A DNA stretch of 64,000 nt, taken from positions 1 to 64,000 of IMG/VR virus record IMGVR_UViG_3300029870_000003; one strand, written 5' to 3'. Origin of the DNA: a virus. The position numbers and the translations under genes were made by a program. Within the stretch, counting starts at the first letter, position 1. Each line of letters starts with the position of its first letter. The notes under the pieces are model-generated. The model did not search any database and had not been told where the DNA came from. It worked only from the letters and a program-made list of their open reading frames with translations. Below are positions 26,708-35,542 of this stretch, piece after piece.

Positions 26708-27246
26708 AGGTAACAAGAAAACAGATGCTGGAGATTCTGCCAGATGCAGGAAGAGTAGACAGATACCTGCACTACATCAATGCCTGGGCTGATACCTTCG
26801 AGATTAATACTCCTTTAAGAATGTGCCACTTCCTAGCTCAGGTTCTTCACGAAACCGCTGGCTTCAAGTTTATGAAGGAGCAGGGAAAGGTAAGCTATTT
26901 CTCCAAGTACGACAAGGGCAGTTTGGCTAAAATGCTTGGAAACACCAAGAAGGGTGATGGCTGGAAATATCGGGGTCGCGGCTTTCTCATGCTTACCGGT
27001 AGACACAATTACCAGAGCTATCAGGATAGCGAGTATTGCAAGGGCGACATCATGAGCAATCCAGAACTGCTGGAAGGGCAGAATGGTTCCGTGAAAAGCG
27101 GCATGTGGTGGTGGTTTGTCCATGGGCTGAATGAACTCGCCGACAAGGATGATATTGTAAAAATCACCAAGAAAGTCAATGGCGGCTTGAACGGCATTGA
27201 TGATAGAAAGAACTGGTTTCAAATATGTAAAAAGGTATTATTATGA
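26704..27246 (+). CDS. Endolysin, glycoside hydrolase family 19 (chitinase-like lysozyme) (180 aa)
   Basis: HETAGFKFMKE (catalytic Glu residues) and YRGRGFLMLTGRHNYQ, compare GH19 YGRGPIQLTGRYNY. Confidence 0.7.
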   Translation: MKVTRKQMLEILPDAGRVDRYLHYINAWADTFEINTPLRMCHFLAQVLHETAGFKFMKEQGKVSYFSKYDKGSLAKMLGNTKKGDGWKYRGRGFLMLTGRHNYQSYQDSEYCKGDIMSNPELLEGQNGSVKSGMWWWFVHGLNELADKDDIVKITKKVNGGLNGIDDRKNWFQICKKVLL

Positions 27247-27686
27247 AATGGTATAACAAAGAGGCTTGGATAAGTACGATTCTGACGATCATCGTCGGTT
27301 TTCTGATTGTTCTTCTTTTGGGCGGTTGCAAGACCAAGGAGTACATCAAGGTTCCCGAATATCATACGGAGTATGTGGTTCGGAAAGATACCGTAGCCAA
27401 GACGGATAGCGTATATGTGAAGGATTCCGTATATGTTTTCCAAAAGGGCGATACGGTGGTGATAAGCAAGATTGCCTATCGTGACCGATACAGAAACATG
27501 TATAAGGTGAAGCTTGATACCATCTTCAAGCATGATTCTATTGAGGTTCCTGTGCCATGTGAGCGGGCGCTTACGAAAGGCGAGCAGCGGCTTATGACAC
27601 TGGGAAGATGCTATATCGCCTTTCTCTTCATGGTGGTGGTCTGCGGAATCGGTTTCACCCTTTGGTATCACAATAAAAAGTGCTAG
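27243..27686 (+). CDS. Unimolecular spanin candidate (147 aa)
   Basis: N-terminal lipoprotein signal (lipobox LLGGC) and C-terminal TM helix IAFLFMVVVCGIGFTLW; sits after the endolysin. Confidence 0.45.
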   Translation: MKWYNKEAWISTILTIIVGFLIVLLLGGCKTKEYIKVPEYHTEYVVRKDTVAKTDSVYVKDSVYVFQKGDTVVISKIAYRDRYRNMYKVKLDTIFKHDSIEVPVPCERALTKGEQRLMTLGRCYIAFLFMVVVCGIGFTLWYHNKKC

Positions 27687-27689
27687 CGT

Positions 27690-28001
27690 ATGGGAAAGAT
27701 TAGCGAAGAACTACAGATGATTGACTCCATCTTGATGGAGTTCCATGAGCGCATTCAGTCGGGGCGGTGCTTGACAAACAAGCAGCAGAACTCGATGATG
27801 TTGAAGTTCCTTCACCAAATCGCCAACAAGGATGAGCCTATCAACAAAACGGCTGCATGCGAGTACGTACAGGTTTCAAGGGCTACATTTGATAGACTGG
27901 TGAAGGCTGGCAAACTTCCGAAAGGAAAGAAGCGGAAGGGTAGTACTGAACTAGTCTGGTACGAAAAGGATTTAGATAAATACATTGATAAGTTAATCTG
28001 A
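27690..28001 (+). CDS. AlpA/Xis-family HTH DNA-binding protein (103 aa)
   Basis: ACEYVQVSRATFDRLVKAGKLPKGKK...VWYEKDLDKYI resembles excisionase/AlpA winged HTH. Confidence 0.45.
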   Translation: MGKISEELQMIDSILMEFHERIQSGRCLTNKQQNSMMLKFLHQIANKDEPINKTAACEYVQVSRATFDRLVKAGKLPKGKKRKGSTELVWYEKDLDKYIDKLI

Positions 28002-28058
28002 TTTTACTGTTTAATTGTTAGTTATAGTAGGTTTTAGTTAGATTTATGTTGATTTAAA

Positions 28059-28092
28059 AATCCCCACTCGGTTGTGAAACTGGGTGGGGATT
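28059..28092. terminator. Bidirectional palindromic hairpin aatccccac-tcggttgtgaaactg-ggtggggatt; inverted copy of 20710-20736
   Basis: Lies between convergent genes (27690..28001 plus, TerL minus). Confidence 0.5.
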
Positions 28093-28096
28093 GCTT

Positions 28097-30211
28097 TTAT
28101 ATCTTAGCAACGGAATGCACGCCGTCGCCTCCGCTATCTCTTCTTTCCTTCTGTTTCCACTTAGGCTTCTCCATGTCGTTGGCACTCACCCAAAGACCAA
28201 TCGCCGTACTCATAAGCACATCATCATGGTTTCCGTTACCCACGATATTACCAAGACTGCCATCATCATGACGCTCGTAGATTCTCAGCTCATGATACAT
28301 TTCCTTGTCTGGCTCATCCCAGAGCATATCATCCACAAACTGCTCCAGATTATCAATCACCCAACCCTTCGTCAGCTTGTTAGTCTGGAATCCGTATTTG
28401 GCAAGCACATCATCGCTCACGTCTTCCGGGCTTGTGGTGCGTTGATACAGGTTATCATAGTAATCAGCAATCTCATTCAAGATACTTCCAAAGTGGTCGC
28501 CTTCCGTGTTGTTGTTCTTCTCTCGGTCGGCGGTGTTGCTCTCTATCACCAGCAGGGCATCATCATAGTAATGCGCCAATGCTGCTGCCATCCATGCCAG
28601 CTTATCGTGTCGCACATGTCCACGCCATCTTGCCACCACTCTTGGTTTACCCTTGATGGTTGGAATCATGCCAAATCTGTCTATCACGGTCATGACGGTA
28701 TAGTCAGATGTAGTACTCTTACCGCCAATATCTACACTCACCAAATATCTGTTCTCAACCTGCAGAATATTCGGAACCGCCCAAATCTTCAAGTCACCAT
28801 CGCCATCTGTTCTGATGCTAATCTTCGATTTGCTGATGGTCCCTTCGTTCTTGTTTCCGTCAATGATGATGTCAGCCGTATAGAGTGGGTCGCACTTGTA
28901 TTTCTTCTGCAAATCGTCTATGCTATATGGATTGAAGACCAGATTACCAGAGTTTCGGAAGGCATCCTCCTCATCCACTGGAGCCTCGGTAGCACAGAAG
29001 GAATGCGTGGTAAACTTGTTTCTAAAGTTTCTGTACCACTCGATAGCCTGAAAGCAGGCTCCCTTCTCCCACATGCGCCAAAAGAACTTGCCAGTCTCTC
29101 GGTAGCCCTTCGGATTGGTGCTCTTGTCTCTGTTCTCCAATAGCCATCGGGCAAAGGCACGCTCATTCTTCACCTCCTCCATGTCATGCTCAATAAAGAA
29201 ACAAGGAATAAAGAGGAAGGCGTAAGCATCGTTATTCTTCGGGTCCATTGCCAGCTGGCACTTGTCATAGAAGAATCCCGAATTACCCTTACCGGTACTC
29301 TCAAACACCTCCAAGTTGTCCTCCTGATTTCTGATACCACCCGAAATAGATGAAATCACGCCCTCTGGATCATGCTCAGGGGTCTTTTTCCAGTATGCCA
29401 CCTCCGAATAGTGGGCACAGTGGAAGTTGCTACCACGCACGGAATCGAAGTTCTCGAAAGATGCCACGGTCAGTGTACTTCTTCTGATAGCCCTTATGCC
29501 GTCTGTAACCTGGAAATCATCTGGTGAGTTCTCGTAAGGCGAGAATCGCAACTTGACACCGGGGCATCCGATGGTCCAGCCCGGCTGAAGTTCCAAGGCT
29601 TTTCGGTACATCGCCTTAATCTTCTTAGACGTATTCTTCTGTTGGGCAAGCACAATGGCATTCCAGCCATCTCTGCGGAAATCCTGTAGCCATTTTATAT
29701 AGAGCTGAGTTAAAGTAGAGCCTCCCCACTGGCGGGCTTTCAAGATAACAACTCGGATAGCCTTCCTGTTGGTTCGCAAATCCTCAAATATCTTCAGAAG
29801 CAATCTTTGTGGATAGTTCAGCTTAAATGGAATCATGTTACCCGTCACCTTATCCTCAATATTGTCGGTCATGTACAGTGCAAATTCTGGGTCTTCCATA
29901 AATCTGGTTCTACAGATGGCAAAGGTTAGTGTCTTGAAATGTTGGGCATCATCCTTCTTGTGTAGAACATATTTATTGTAATCCTTCAAACTACCCATCT
30001 TTCTCAGTCCCCTGTACAGAACAGACTTGGCAGTCTTCTTGGGAACCCACATCTTGGGAATGAAGAAATCGTCCAACTCTATCAGAACACGATTTTCGAA
30101 GTTATAACACCCTTCGCCAGTAATAGGGTCATAGGTGCCATAAATTTCATCGTATCGCTTCTGATTCTCAGTTACGAGATTATCTATTTCCTTTTCTGTC
30201 ACTTGAGCCAT
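28097..30211 (-). CDS. terL: Terminase large subunit (704 aa)
   Basis: N-terminal ATPase region (LKARQWGGSTL, DFFIPKMW...); C-terminal RNase-H-like nuclease with conserved acidic residues (VSVDIGG...DYTVMTVIDRF...VIESN). Confidence 0.65.
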   Translation of the reverse strand: MAQVTEKEIDNLVTENQKRYDEIYGTYDPITGEGCYNFENRVLIELDDFFIPKMWVPKKTAKSVLYRGLRKMGSLKDYNKYVLHKKDDAQHFKTLTFAICRTRFMEDPEFALYMTDNIEDKVTGNMIPFKLNYPQRLLLKIFEDLRTNRKAIRVVILKARQWGGSTLTQLYIKWLQDFRRDGWNAIVLAQQKNTSKKIKAMYRKALELQPGWTIGCPGVKLRFSPYENSPDDFQVTDGIRAIRRSTLTVASFENFDSVRGSNFHCAHYSEVAYWKKTPEHDPEGVISSISGGIRNQEDNLEVFESTGKGNSGFFYDKCQLAMDPKNNDAYAFLFIPCFFIEHDMEEVKNERAFARWLLENRDKSTNPKGYRETGKFFWRMWEKGACFQAIEWYRNFRNKFTTHSFCATEAPVDEEDAFRNSGNLVFNPYSIDDLQKKYKCDPLYTADIIIDGNKNEGTISKSKISIRTDGDGDLKIWAVPNILQVENRYLVSVDIGGKSTTSDYTVMTVIDRFGMIPTIKGKPRVVARWRGHVRHDKLAWMAAALAHYYDDALLVIESNTADREKNNNTEGDHFGSILNEIADYYDNLYQRTTSPEDVSDDVLAKYGFQTNKLTKGWVIDNLEQFVDDMLWDEPDKEMYHELRIYERHDDGSLGNIVGNGNHDDVLMSTAIGLWVSANDMEKPKWKQKERRDSGGDGVHSVAKI

Positions 30212-30602
30212 CTACCCAGTCGTTTAGTTCTTCAAATTCCGCATCCTGTATCTCGGGTGCTTTTCTTATATCTAGTACATTTACTTCATCTTCGTCCTCT
30301 ACGGTTGTCATGCCCAATGCCATGAGCTGCTTGAAGTCATCGTCAAGTCCGTGGGTCACGCTCATCTCGCTCTGCTTAGGTATCATGTGCTTGGTAAGCT
30401 GGGCATAGATGGTAACGTATGTTTTTGGATCGTATTCCGCCAACTCGTTCATGCACTTCTCAAACTTCTCCTGATTCCTTGCAAGGAAGTCACGTATGTA
30501 TTCTTTCTGTGCACTTTTGCTCACTGGCAGAATCTTCTTCGCCTTCTCACGCTTTTCGTGCATAATCTCCGATACGGTCTTGATATTGTCAAATTCTCCC
30601 AT
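30180..30602 (-). CDS. Putative terminase small subunit (140 aa)
   Basis: Immediately upstream of and overlapping TerL; small acidic protein. Confidence 0.3.
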   Translation of the reverse strand: MGEFDNIKTVSEIMHEKREKAKKILPVSKSAQKEYIRDFLARNQEKFEKCMNELAEYDPKTYVTIYAQLTKHMIPKQSEMSVTHGLDDDFKQLMALGMTTVEDEDEVNVLDIRKAPEIQDAEFEELNDWVDGSSDRKGNR

Positions 30603-30614
30603 AATTCAGCCTCC

Positions 30615-31223
30615 TTATCCAAATGGTTTAGGCGAACGAATCAGGCTCCCTGGCTTGGTTGCGTTCGCTGCATCAATAATCTCTAGCTCCTCGTCCTCCA
30701 GCTGCTGCGCCTTATCCACGGTCAGTTGGTCCTTGCTCGTCAAGGTAATCTTAAAGTACTCATAGAGTGCCCCGGTCGATATGTAGCTGTGGATAGCCTG
30801 CACCAGCCCTTCATATCGGGCATCATCCCAACTGTCGGGCATTCTCAGCAATATTTCCTTCTCTTCCCATTCCTTCAAGGCGTTGTCTCTTACCACGCAC
30901 CTTGGTTTCATCACGTAGGCAGACAGGATTCCTTCCACCTTTTTCAGATAACTGTCGAACCATCTATAGAACAGCGGTCGCTCCTGATCGTTCTCGCTGG
31001 TCGGGATGATTTCCTCCTGATTGGTCTGGTTGCCTCGTCTTGCCCTGCCAAGCATGTTGGTGGTTGCATCAATGTCGTACCAGAGTTGGTTGGCATAGAT
31101 GAAGATGTGCTTATCCACAAAGTAGGTGGCTGGTCGTGGCGGACGGGGCAGGAAAGGATTTGGCTCTGGCTTCCATCCTCTCTCACGGAGAATATACGTA
31201 GGGTGTAATGCATTGAATTCCAT
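30615..31223 (-). CDS. Hypothetical protein (202 aa), packaging/head module
   Basis: ORF in the operon. Confidence 0.4.
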   Translation of the reverse strand: MEFNALHPTYILRERGWKPEPNPFLPRPPRPATYFVDKHIFIYANQLWYDIDATTNMLGRARRGNQTNQEEIIPTSENDQERPLFYRWFDSYLKKVEGILSAYVMKPRCVVRDNALKEWEEKEILLRMPDSWDDARYEGLVQAIHSYISTGALYEYFKITLTSKDQLTVDKAQQLEDEELEIIDAANATKPGSLIRSPKPFG

Positions 31224-31224
31224 C

Positions 31225-32016
31225 TTACACCTCCTTTGCTACGGTTACTTCCACTTCTACCTTCAACTTGTCGCTATGCCGTGAGAAGAGGGTGACAATA
31301 GCCACGCCTGTATTCACTGGGTTCAGCGAGAAGGTATAAGGCTCTGGGCTGCGGTGAATCTCCAATACGCTCGGATCGTCGCTCCGTGCCTCAATATCAT
31401 CAATGGCTCCGTTGTCGATGGAGTAGGAAATGGTCTCCTCCTTATTCTCCAGTGCAATGGTAACCGCTCCGTCTTCCTCGCTGCCATCCACCTTTGCGGT
31501 CAGATGTTGGGTATAAGGGATGGTCGGAAGGGTGGGACCACTCAACACAAAACATCTTCTGATGCTCTTCTCGTCAACAGCGAGTGATGCCTGATAGATT
31601 TCTGCCTGCTTCAAGTTGGTGGTCTTCGTCCACCACTGGAAAATCATGTAGTCTTCCACATACTTTGCCACCAGTCGGGCGAGCGTATCGGTCAGGGTTC
31701 CGTTGCATCTGCGAGAGGCATTCAGCACGAACTCCACAATATCATCATCCTTGTCGTTATAATAGATGATGTTGTCGCCCACGCTCTGAGCCGTAGGCAC
31801 AAGATACTCGGCAAGAAGGGTCTTAACCATTTCCAATGCCGTCTGGAAATCATGGGTCAGCAGGTTCTCGTGTACCTCATCGTCGCCTGCCGCCTCGTTG
31901 AAGCCCACCTTCACGGCGTTCTCGTCGGCTGCACTGTCTACCTTAGCCTTCAGATAGGTTGTTGACTTAACAGCCTCAATCACTACCGATTTGATAATCT
32001 GGAATTTTATAATCAT
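31225..32016 (-). CDS. Hypothetical structural protein (263 aa), possible Ig-like C-terminal domain
   Basis: ORF in the operon; beta-rich C-terminus. Confidence 0.4.
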   Translation of the reverse strand: MIIKFQIIKSVVIEAVKSTTYLKAKVDSAADENAVKVGFNEAAGDDEVHENLLTHDFQTALEMVKTLLAEYLVPTAQSVGDNIIYYNDKDDDIVEFVLNASRRCNGTLTDTLARLVAKYVEDYMIFQWWTKTTNLKQAEIYQASLAVDEKSIRRCFVLSGPTLPTIPYTQHLTAKVDGSEEDGAVTIALENKEETISYSIDNGAIDDIEARSDDPSVLEIHRSPEPYTFSLNPVNTGVAIVTLFSRHSDKLKVEVEVTVAKEV

Positions 32017-32019
32017 AGC

Positions 32020-32538
32020 TTATTCTTGTTTAATGGTTTCTAACTGTGGTTCATGTTCTACCGAACCTGTCATGTCCTTCAATGTCTTCGGGGTATGCGA
32101 AGGTGGAGTCTTGTCAAACACCAGTTTGATGGCTGCCTTCATGTGCATGCTCATTTCGTCTGAGTATACCTTTGCCTGTTCCGTACTGCTCAATGTCAGA
32201 ATCATGTAGGTGGTATAGGCGTTCACATATCCCCTAAAGCAACTCTCAAAGGCTTTCTTGTGACCTTCGTTCAATCGGGTAACGTTAAAGGTAACTGATA
32301 CCGGCAAAGAATAATCAATGTATGTCTTCACGATAGGGGCTACCTCACCTGCAAAGCTATGCGCCGCCGCAACAATGTATCGGTTCAGCACCGTCTTCTC
32401 AGCGTTTGATAAGGTAGTGCTTCCAAACAGAGAGTTTCCTGCCTTGTCGTTCTGTCTCTTGGCAATAGCTGAAACCTGCTTCATTACGTCGCCTTCCACC
32501 GAGGCAAGACTGATTGTAATTAATTTTGTTTCTTCCAT
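32020..32538 (-). CDS. Hypothetical protein (172 aa)
   Basis: ORF in the operon. Confidence 0.4.
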   Translation of the reverse strand: MEETKLITISLASVEGDVMKQVSAIAKRQNDKAGNSLFGSTTLSNAEKTVLNRYIVAAAHSFAGEVAPIVKTYIDYSLPVSVTFNVTRLNEGHKKAFESCFRGYVNAYTTYMILTLSSTEQAKVYSDEMSMHMKAAIKLVFDKTPPSHTPKTLKDMTGSVEHEPQLETIKQE

Positions 32539-32541
32539 AAC

Positions 32542-34569
32542 TTATGCTGATTGATAATAATTATTGTTCAAACTCATAGCCTGTGCCACGGCGTTCTGGT
32601 CTGCTCCCTGCACGATTCCGTTTTCAACCATTCCGCCGCCCTGCTGCTGGGCAATAGCCTGCTGCTGCTGATACATCTGTTCAAGCTGCTCCTGCTGCTG
32701 CTGAACGCTGGCAAGAAGCTTGTCGGCGTATGGCTTGTTTACATTCTGCAGATATTGAATCAGGTTGATGGCACCCATTCCGAGCAACTCCTTCAAATCG
32801 TCATTCTGAATGGTGTTGTATGCCGCCGTAGCCGCTGCATTCTTGATGCTGATCTTAAAGTGAATGTCTCTTGCAGAAAGTCGGTCGTAACTGTAGTTGG
32901 TCAAACCGTCCTTGTTGAATATCTTCCTGCCGTCCTCGTAATACTGCTGAATGATGGAACACTTCTTCATAGCCAGCTTCTCCGTGAATATCTCCATGTC
33001 AGATAAGATGGTATATAAAGATGTAGTGGCATTCTGGCTTTCCTGTGCGTATCTTGCTGCCGAAGTTCCTGCCGAAGGAGTCTTGCCCTGCAAGGCACCG
33101 CTCACGTTGGTAACCTCCCGAATCAGATTCAGCTCTATCTGCAAGAGTTCGTTGGTTCCGATATTCACGGCGTTCGATGTAATAACCTCTGGCTTCACGT
33201 TCGGCATACTGCGCTTAGGCGTATAGAAAATCCATCCGTCGTATTCGATGGCTTCCTCCATGAACTCCCTTGGACTCTTGCCGCCCAATACCGTGGTTGG
33301 AATCATCTTGAATCCCTTGAAACTGCTTCTGATGCTCATGTCGTTCATCACAATCAGGCGGTTGATGTATCTCTGCTGGTCTATTACGTTCGTCATAAAC
33401 GGATGAATCTCTCCGTTGATGTACGGATAGAGCTTCACGGTAAATGGGTGACTCTTGAAATCGTAGGGTGATTCTCCCTGACTCAGAATTGTTCCGTCGG
33501 GAGCCATGAAGGTATAGTACCAGTACTTATCGGCTACCTCTTCCGATGTAATGTAGGCTCGCTCGTCTTCCGGTATGCCCAGTTCGTCATACTGCTGCTT
33601 GCGCTTCTCGTTCTTCTTTCTCAGGTCGGCAATCATCGCTGTATCTTCCAAGTCAACCCTGAAATACGCATCATTGGTATTTTGGGCAATTGGGTCGAAG
33701 CACTGCAAGCGTGGCTTGGTCTCCGTGGTCCACACTTCAATCACTCTATGGTAGTGCTTGCCCTTGTTGGAGAAATCAAAGCTGAGGTTATCCAAATCCT
33801 TCTCCTCGTTAAACTCATAGCCGTAACCGCCATCGTCCATTTCATCATTGATGCCGAATATCGCATTCAGGTCGGTAACGCTCAGTCCGTATTCCCTTCG
33901 GGCAAACTTCTGGTACAAATCTTCTCTGCTCACATCATGCAGACAGCCTATCAGACTGATGTCGTTGTGGCGTGGGTCGCTTCCGCACTCAAAAAACATG
34001 TGGTCGGGTTCCATCATATCCGTCCACGCATCGGGCATTTCCAGTTCCCTGTCTTCCCAACTCTCTCTGGCATACATCTGTCCGCCTTGCAGATAGTCCT
34101 TGATAAAGTGGTTCAGCAAATCCTGCATGCCGGTAGTCTGCCAGTTGCATTGCATCGTGGCACTCATCATGTCGCTCAGTTGTCGGGAGTCATTATCTCT
34201 TGCAAAGCAAACTGGTTCCGTGCCCTGCTTGGCATAGAGACCAGTGATAGACTCCAAGATGCTTACCATGATGTTGTTGCTCATCGGGGTCTGGTTGCGC
34301 TTCTCCATATAGGTTCGCTCGCTCATCTCCTCCCAGTAGCCATGATGATACACCCTGATGGTGTCGCTCCATTGATCGCCTGTGCAATAGCGCATGGTTC
34401 TCGCTCTTGTCTCACGCACTCCGCTCAGATTATTCCAGGCGTTCCTGCATCGGGTCTGCAATTCCAAATCCTTGTTATGCTCCTGCCGTCTCTTTCGAGC
34501 CTTCACCGAGTCATACTTGCTATGGCTTGGCATCACCTTGCTAAGTGTTAATATTCTCGCTTTTGCCAT
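32542..34569 (-). CDS. Portal protein (675 aa) with poly-Q C-terminal tail
   Basis: Size, position at the head of the packaging operon, and Gln-rich C-terminus (QQQQEQLEQMYQQQQAIAQQQGGG). Confidence 0.5.
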   Translation of the reverse strand: MAKARILTLSKVMPSHSKYDSVKARKRRQEHNKDLELQTRCRNAWNNLSGVRETRARTMRYCTGDQWSDTIRVYHHGYWEEMSERTYMEKRNQTPMSNNIMVSILESITGLYAKQGTEPVCFARDNDSRQLSDMMSATMQCNWQTTGMQDLLNHFIKDYLQGGQMYARESWEDRELEMPDAWTDMMEPDHMFFECGSDPRHNDISLIGCLHDVSREDLYQKFARREYGLSVTDLNAIFGINDEMDDGGYGYEFNEEKDLDNLSFDFSNKGKHYHRVIEVWTTETKPRLQCFDPIAQNTNDAYFRVDLEDTAMIADLRKKNEKRKQQYDELGIPEDERAYITSEEVADKYWYYTFMAPDGTILSQGESPYDFKSHPFTVKLYPYINGEIHPFMTNVIDQQRYINRLIVMNDMSIRSSFKGFKMIPTTVLGGKSPREFMEEAIEYDGWIFYTPKRSMPNVKPEVITSNAVNIGTNELLQIELNLIREVTNVSGALQGKTPSAGTSAARYAQESQNATTSLYTILSDMEIFTEKLAMKKCSIIQQYYEDGRKIFNKDGLTNYSYDRLSARDIHFKISIKNAAATAAYNTIQNDDLKELLGMGAINLIQYLQNVNKPYADKLLASVQQQQEQLEQMYQQQQAIAQQQGGGMVENGIVQGADQNAVAQAMSLNNNYYQSA

Positions 34570-34600
34570 ATATTCTTACACATTATTATAATATAGGCGC

Positions 34601-34608
34601 AAAAATAC
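34601..34608 (-). promoter_or_regulatory. -7 box TAttTTTG (minus strand) for the portal operon
   Basis: Plus-strand caaaaata lies about 32 nt upstream of the ATG at 34569. Confidence 0.35.
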
Positions 34609-34631
34609 CCTTAAATCCCATTTTTTTTGCC

Positions 34632-34671
34632 GTGTTTCCACCCATTCAGACAACACGATGGAAACACGGAA
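34632..34671. promoter_or_regulatory. Perfect 11-bp inverted repeat ccgtgtttcca-(18 nt)-tggaaacacgg in the divergent portal/scaffold promoter region
   Basis: No flanking U-tract in either orientation, so operator-like rather than a terminator. Confidence 0.4.
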
Positions 34672-34723
34672 ATATTTTTGCATTATTTTCGCATCTTTGC
34701 CGAAAAGTTTTAAAAGTTACAAT

Positions 34724-35530
34724 ATGACAAAAGAAGAATTAGAACAGATGAATGCAGAAGGTGGCGGCGGACAGCAGTCACAGTCAATGGAATCTGCTGA
34801 GGCTGAAACTCCACCTGTGGAGGACCGCCCTAATCGCAAGGCTTTCTCTGACCGATTCAAGCAGCGTCATGCCGACATCGACTTCGAGGATAAGGAATCC
34901 CGATATGCGGCACTCAGTGATGATGCTGATTTGCTCGAACGATACGAGGAAAGCGGTAAGGCGTTGTCTAAGGTGTTTGATAAGCACAAGTGGCTTGCTG
35001 CTCTGGCGATGGACATGGAAAAGAATCCGGATGATAATCCGTTTGATGCGATGGCTCGCTTGGGTATTGACGTGAAGACCTTGCTTGATGATCCCGAAGG
35101 CGGCAAGAAACTCGCTGAGATTCTCGCCAAGCACAACGAGGACGTGGCTGAACAGAACGCCGCTGCCGATAGAGTTTTTGCAAATATGCAAAAGTCTTAT
35201 GAACGCTTAATGAATCTCTACCCTGATGAGGTGGACGATATGTGGCAGCAGCTTTATGAGATTCACGACAAGGTAGTGAGTGGCGATATTTCAGATGATA
35301 TTTGGAAGATGCTCCACAATGCCAACAACTACGAATCTGATATTTCTTCCGCTCGTGATGAGGCTGCTATGCAGGCAAGAAACGAGAAGATTCAGAATAA
35401 GGTTCGTTCATCCGCAAGCGAAGGCATTCCTCCTTCACTGTCTAGTTCGGGTGCTGGCAACAAACCTGCAGAGAAGAAGAAAGCGGCTCCTAAGAGTGGC
35501 TTCTTCGAAGGTATCACATACAATAATTAA
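34724..35530 (+). CDS. Putative scaffolding protein (about 268 aa from MTKEELEQ)
   Basis: Acidic, helical, Gln/Glu-rich protein immediately upstream of the putative capsid gene. Confidence 0.4.
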   Translation: MTKEELEQMNAEGGGGQQSQSMESAEAETPPVEDRPNRKAFSDRFKQRHADIDFEDKESRYAALSDDADLLERYEESGKALSKVFDKHKWLAALAMDMEKNPDDNPFDAMARLGIDVKTLLDDPEGGKKLAEILAKHNEDVAEQNAAADRVFANMQKSYERLMNLYPDEVDDMWQQLYEIHDKVVSGDISDDIWKMLHNANNYESDISSARDEAAMQARNEKIQNKVRSSASEGIPPSLSSSGAGNKPAEKKKAAPKSGFFEGITYNN

Positions 35531-35542
35531 TCAAATAAATAT

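Noticed and set aside
20710-28092. Invertible (shufflon or Gin-like) segment defined by the inverted hairpin copies
   Set aside because: No serine or tyrosine recombinase gene lies in or near the segment. The elements look like intrinsic terminators. This is kept only as a low-probability alternative in the findings.
28091-29143. Plus-strand 350-aa ORF
   Set aside because: It lies wholly antisense inside the terminase large-subunit gene, with low-complexity shadow-frame composition.
33682-34551. Plus-strand 289-aa ORF
   Set aside because: It is antisense to the portal gene and has no independent signals.
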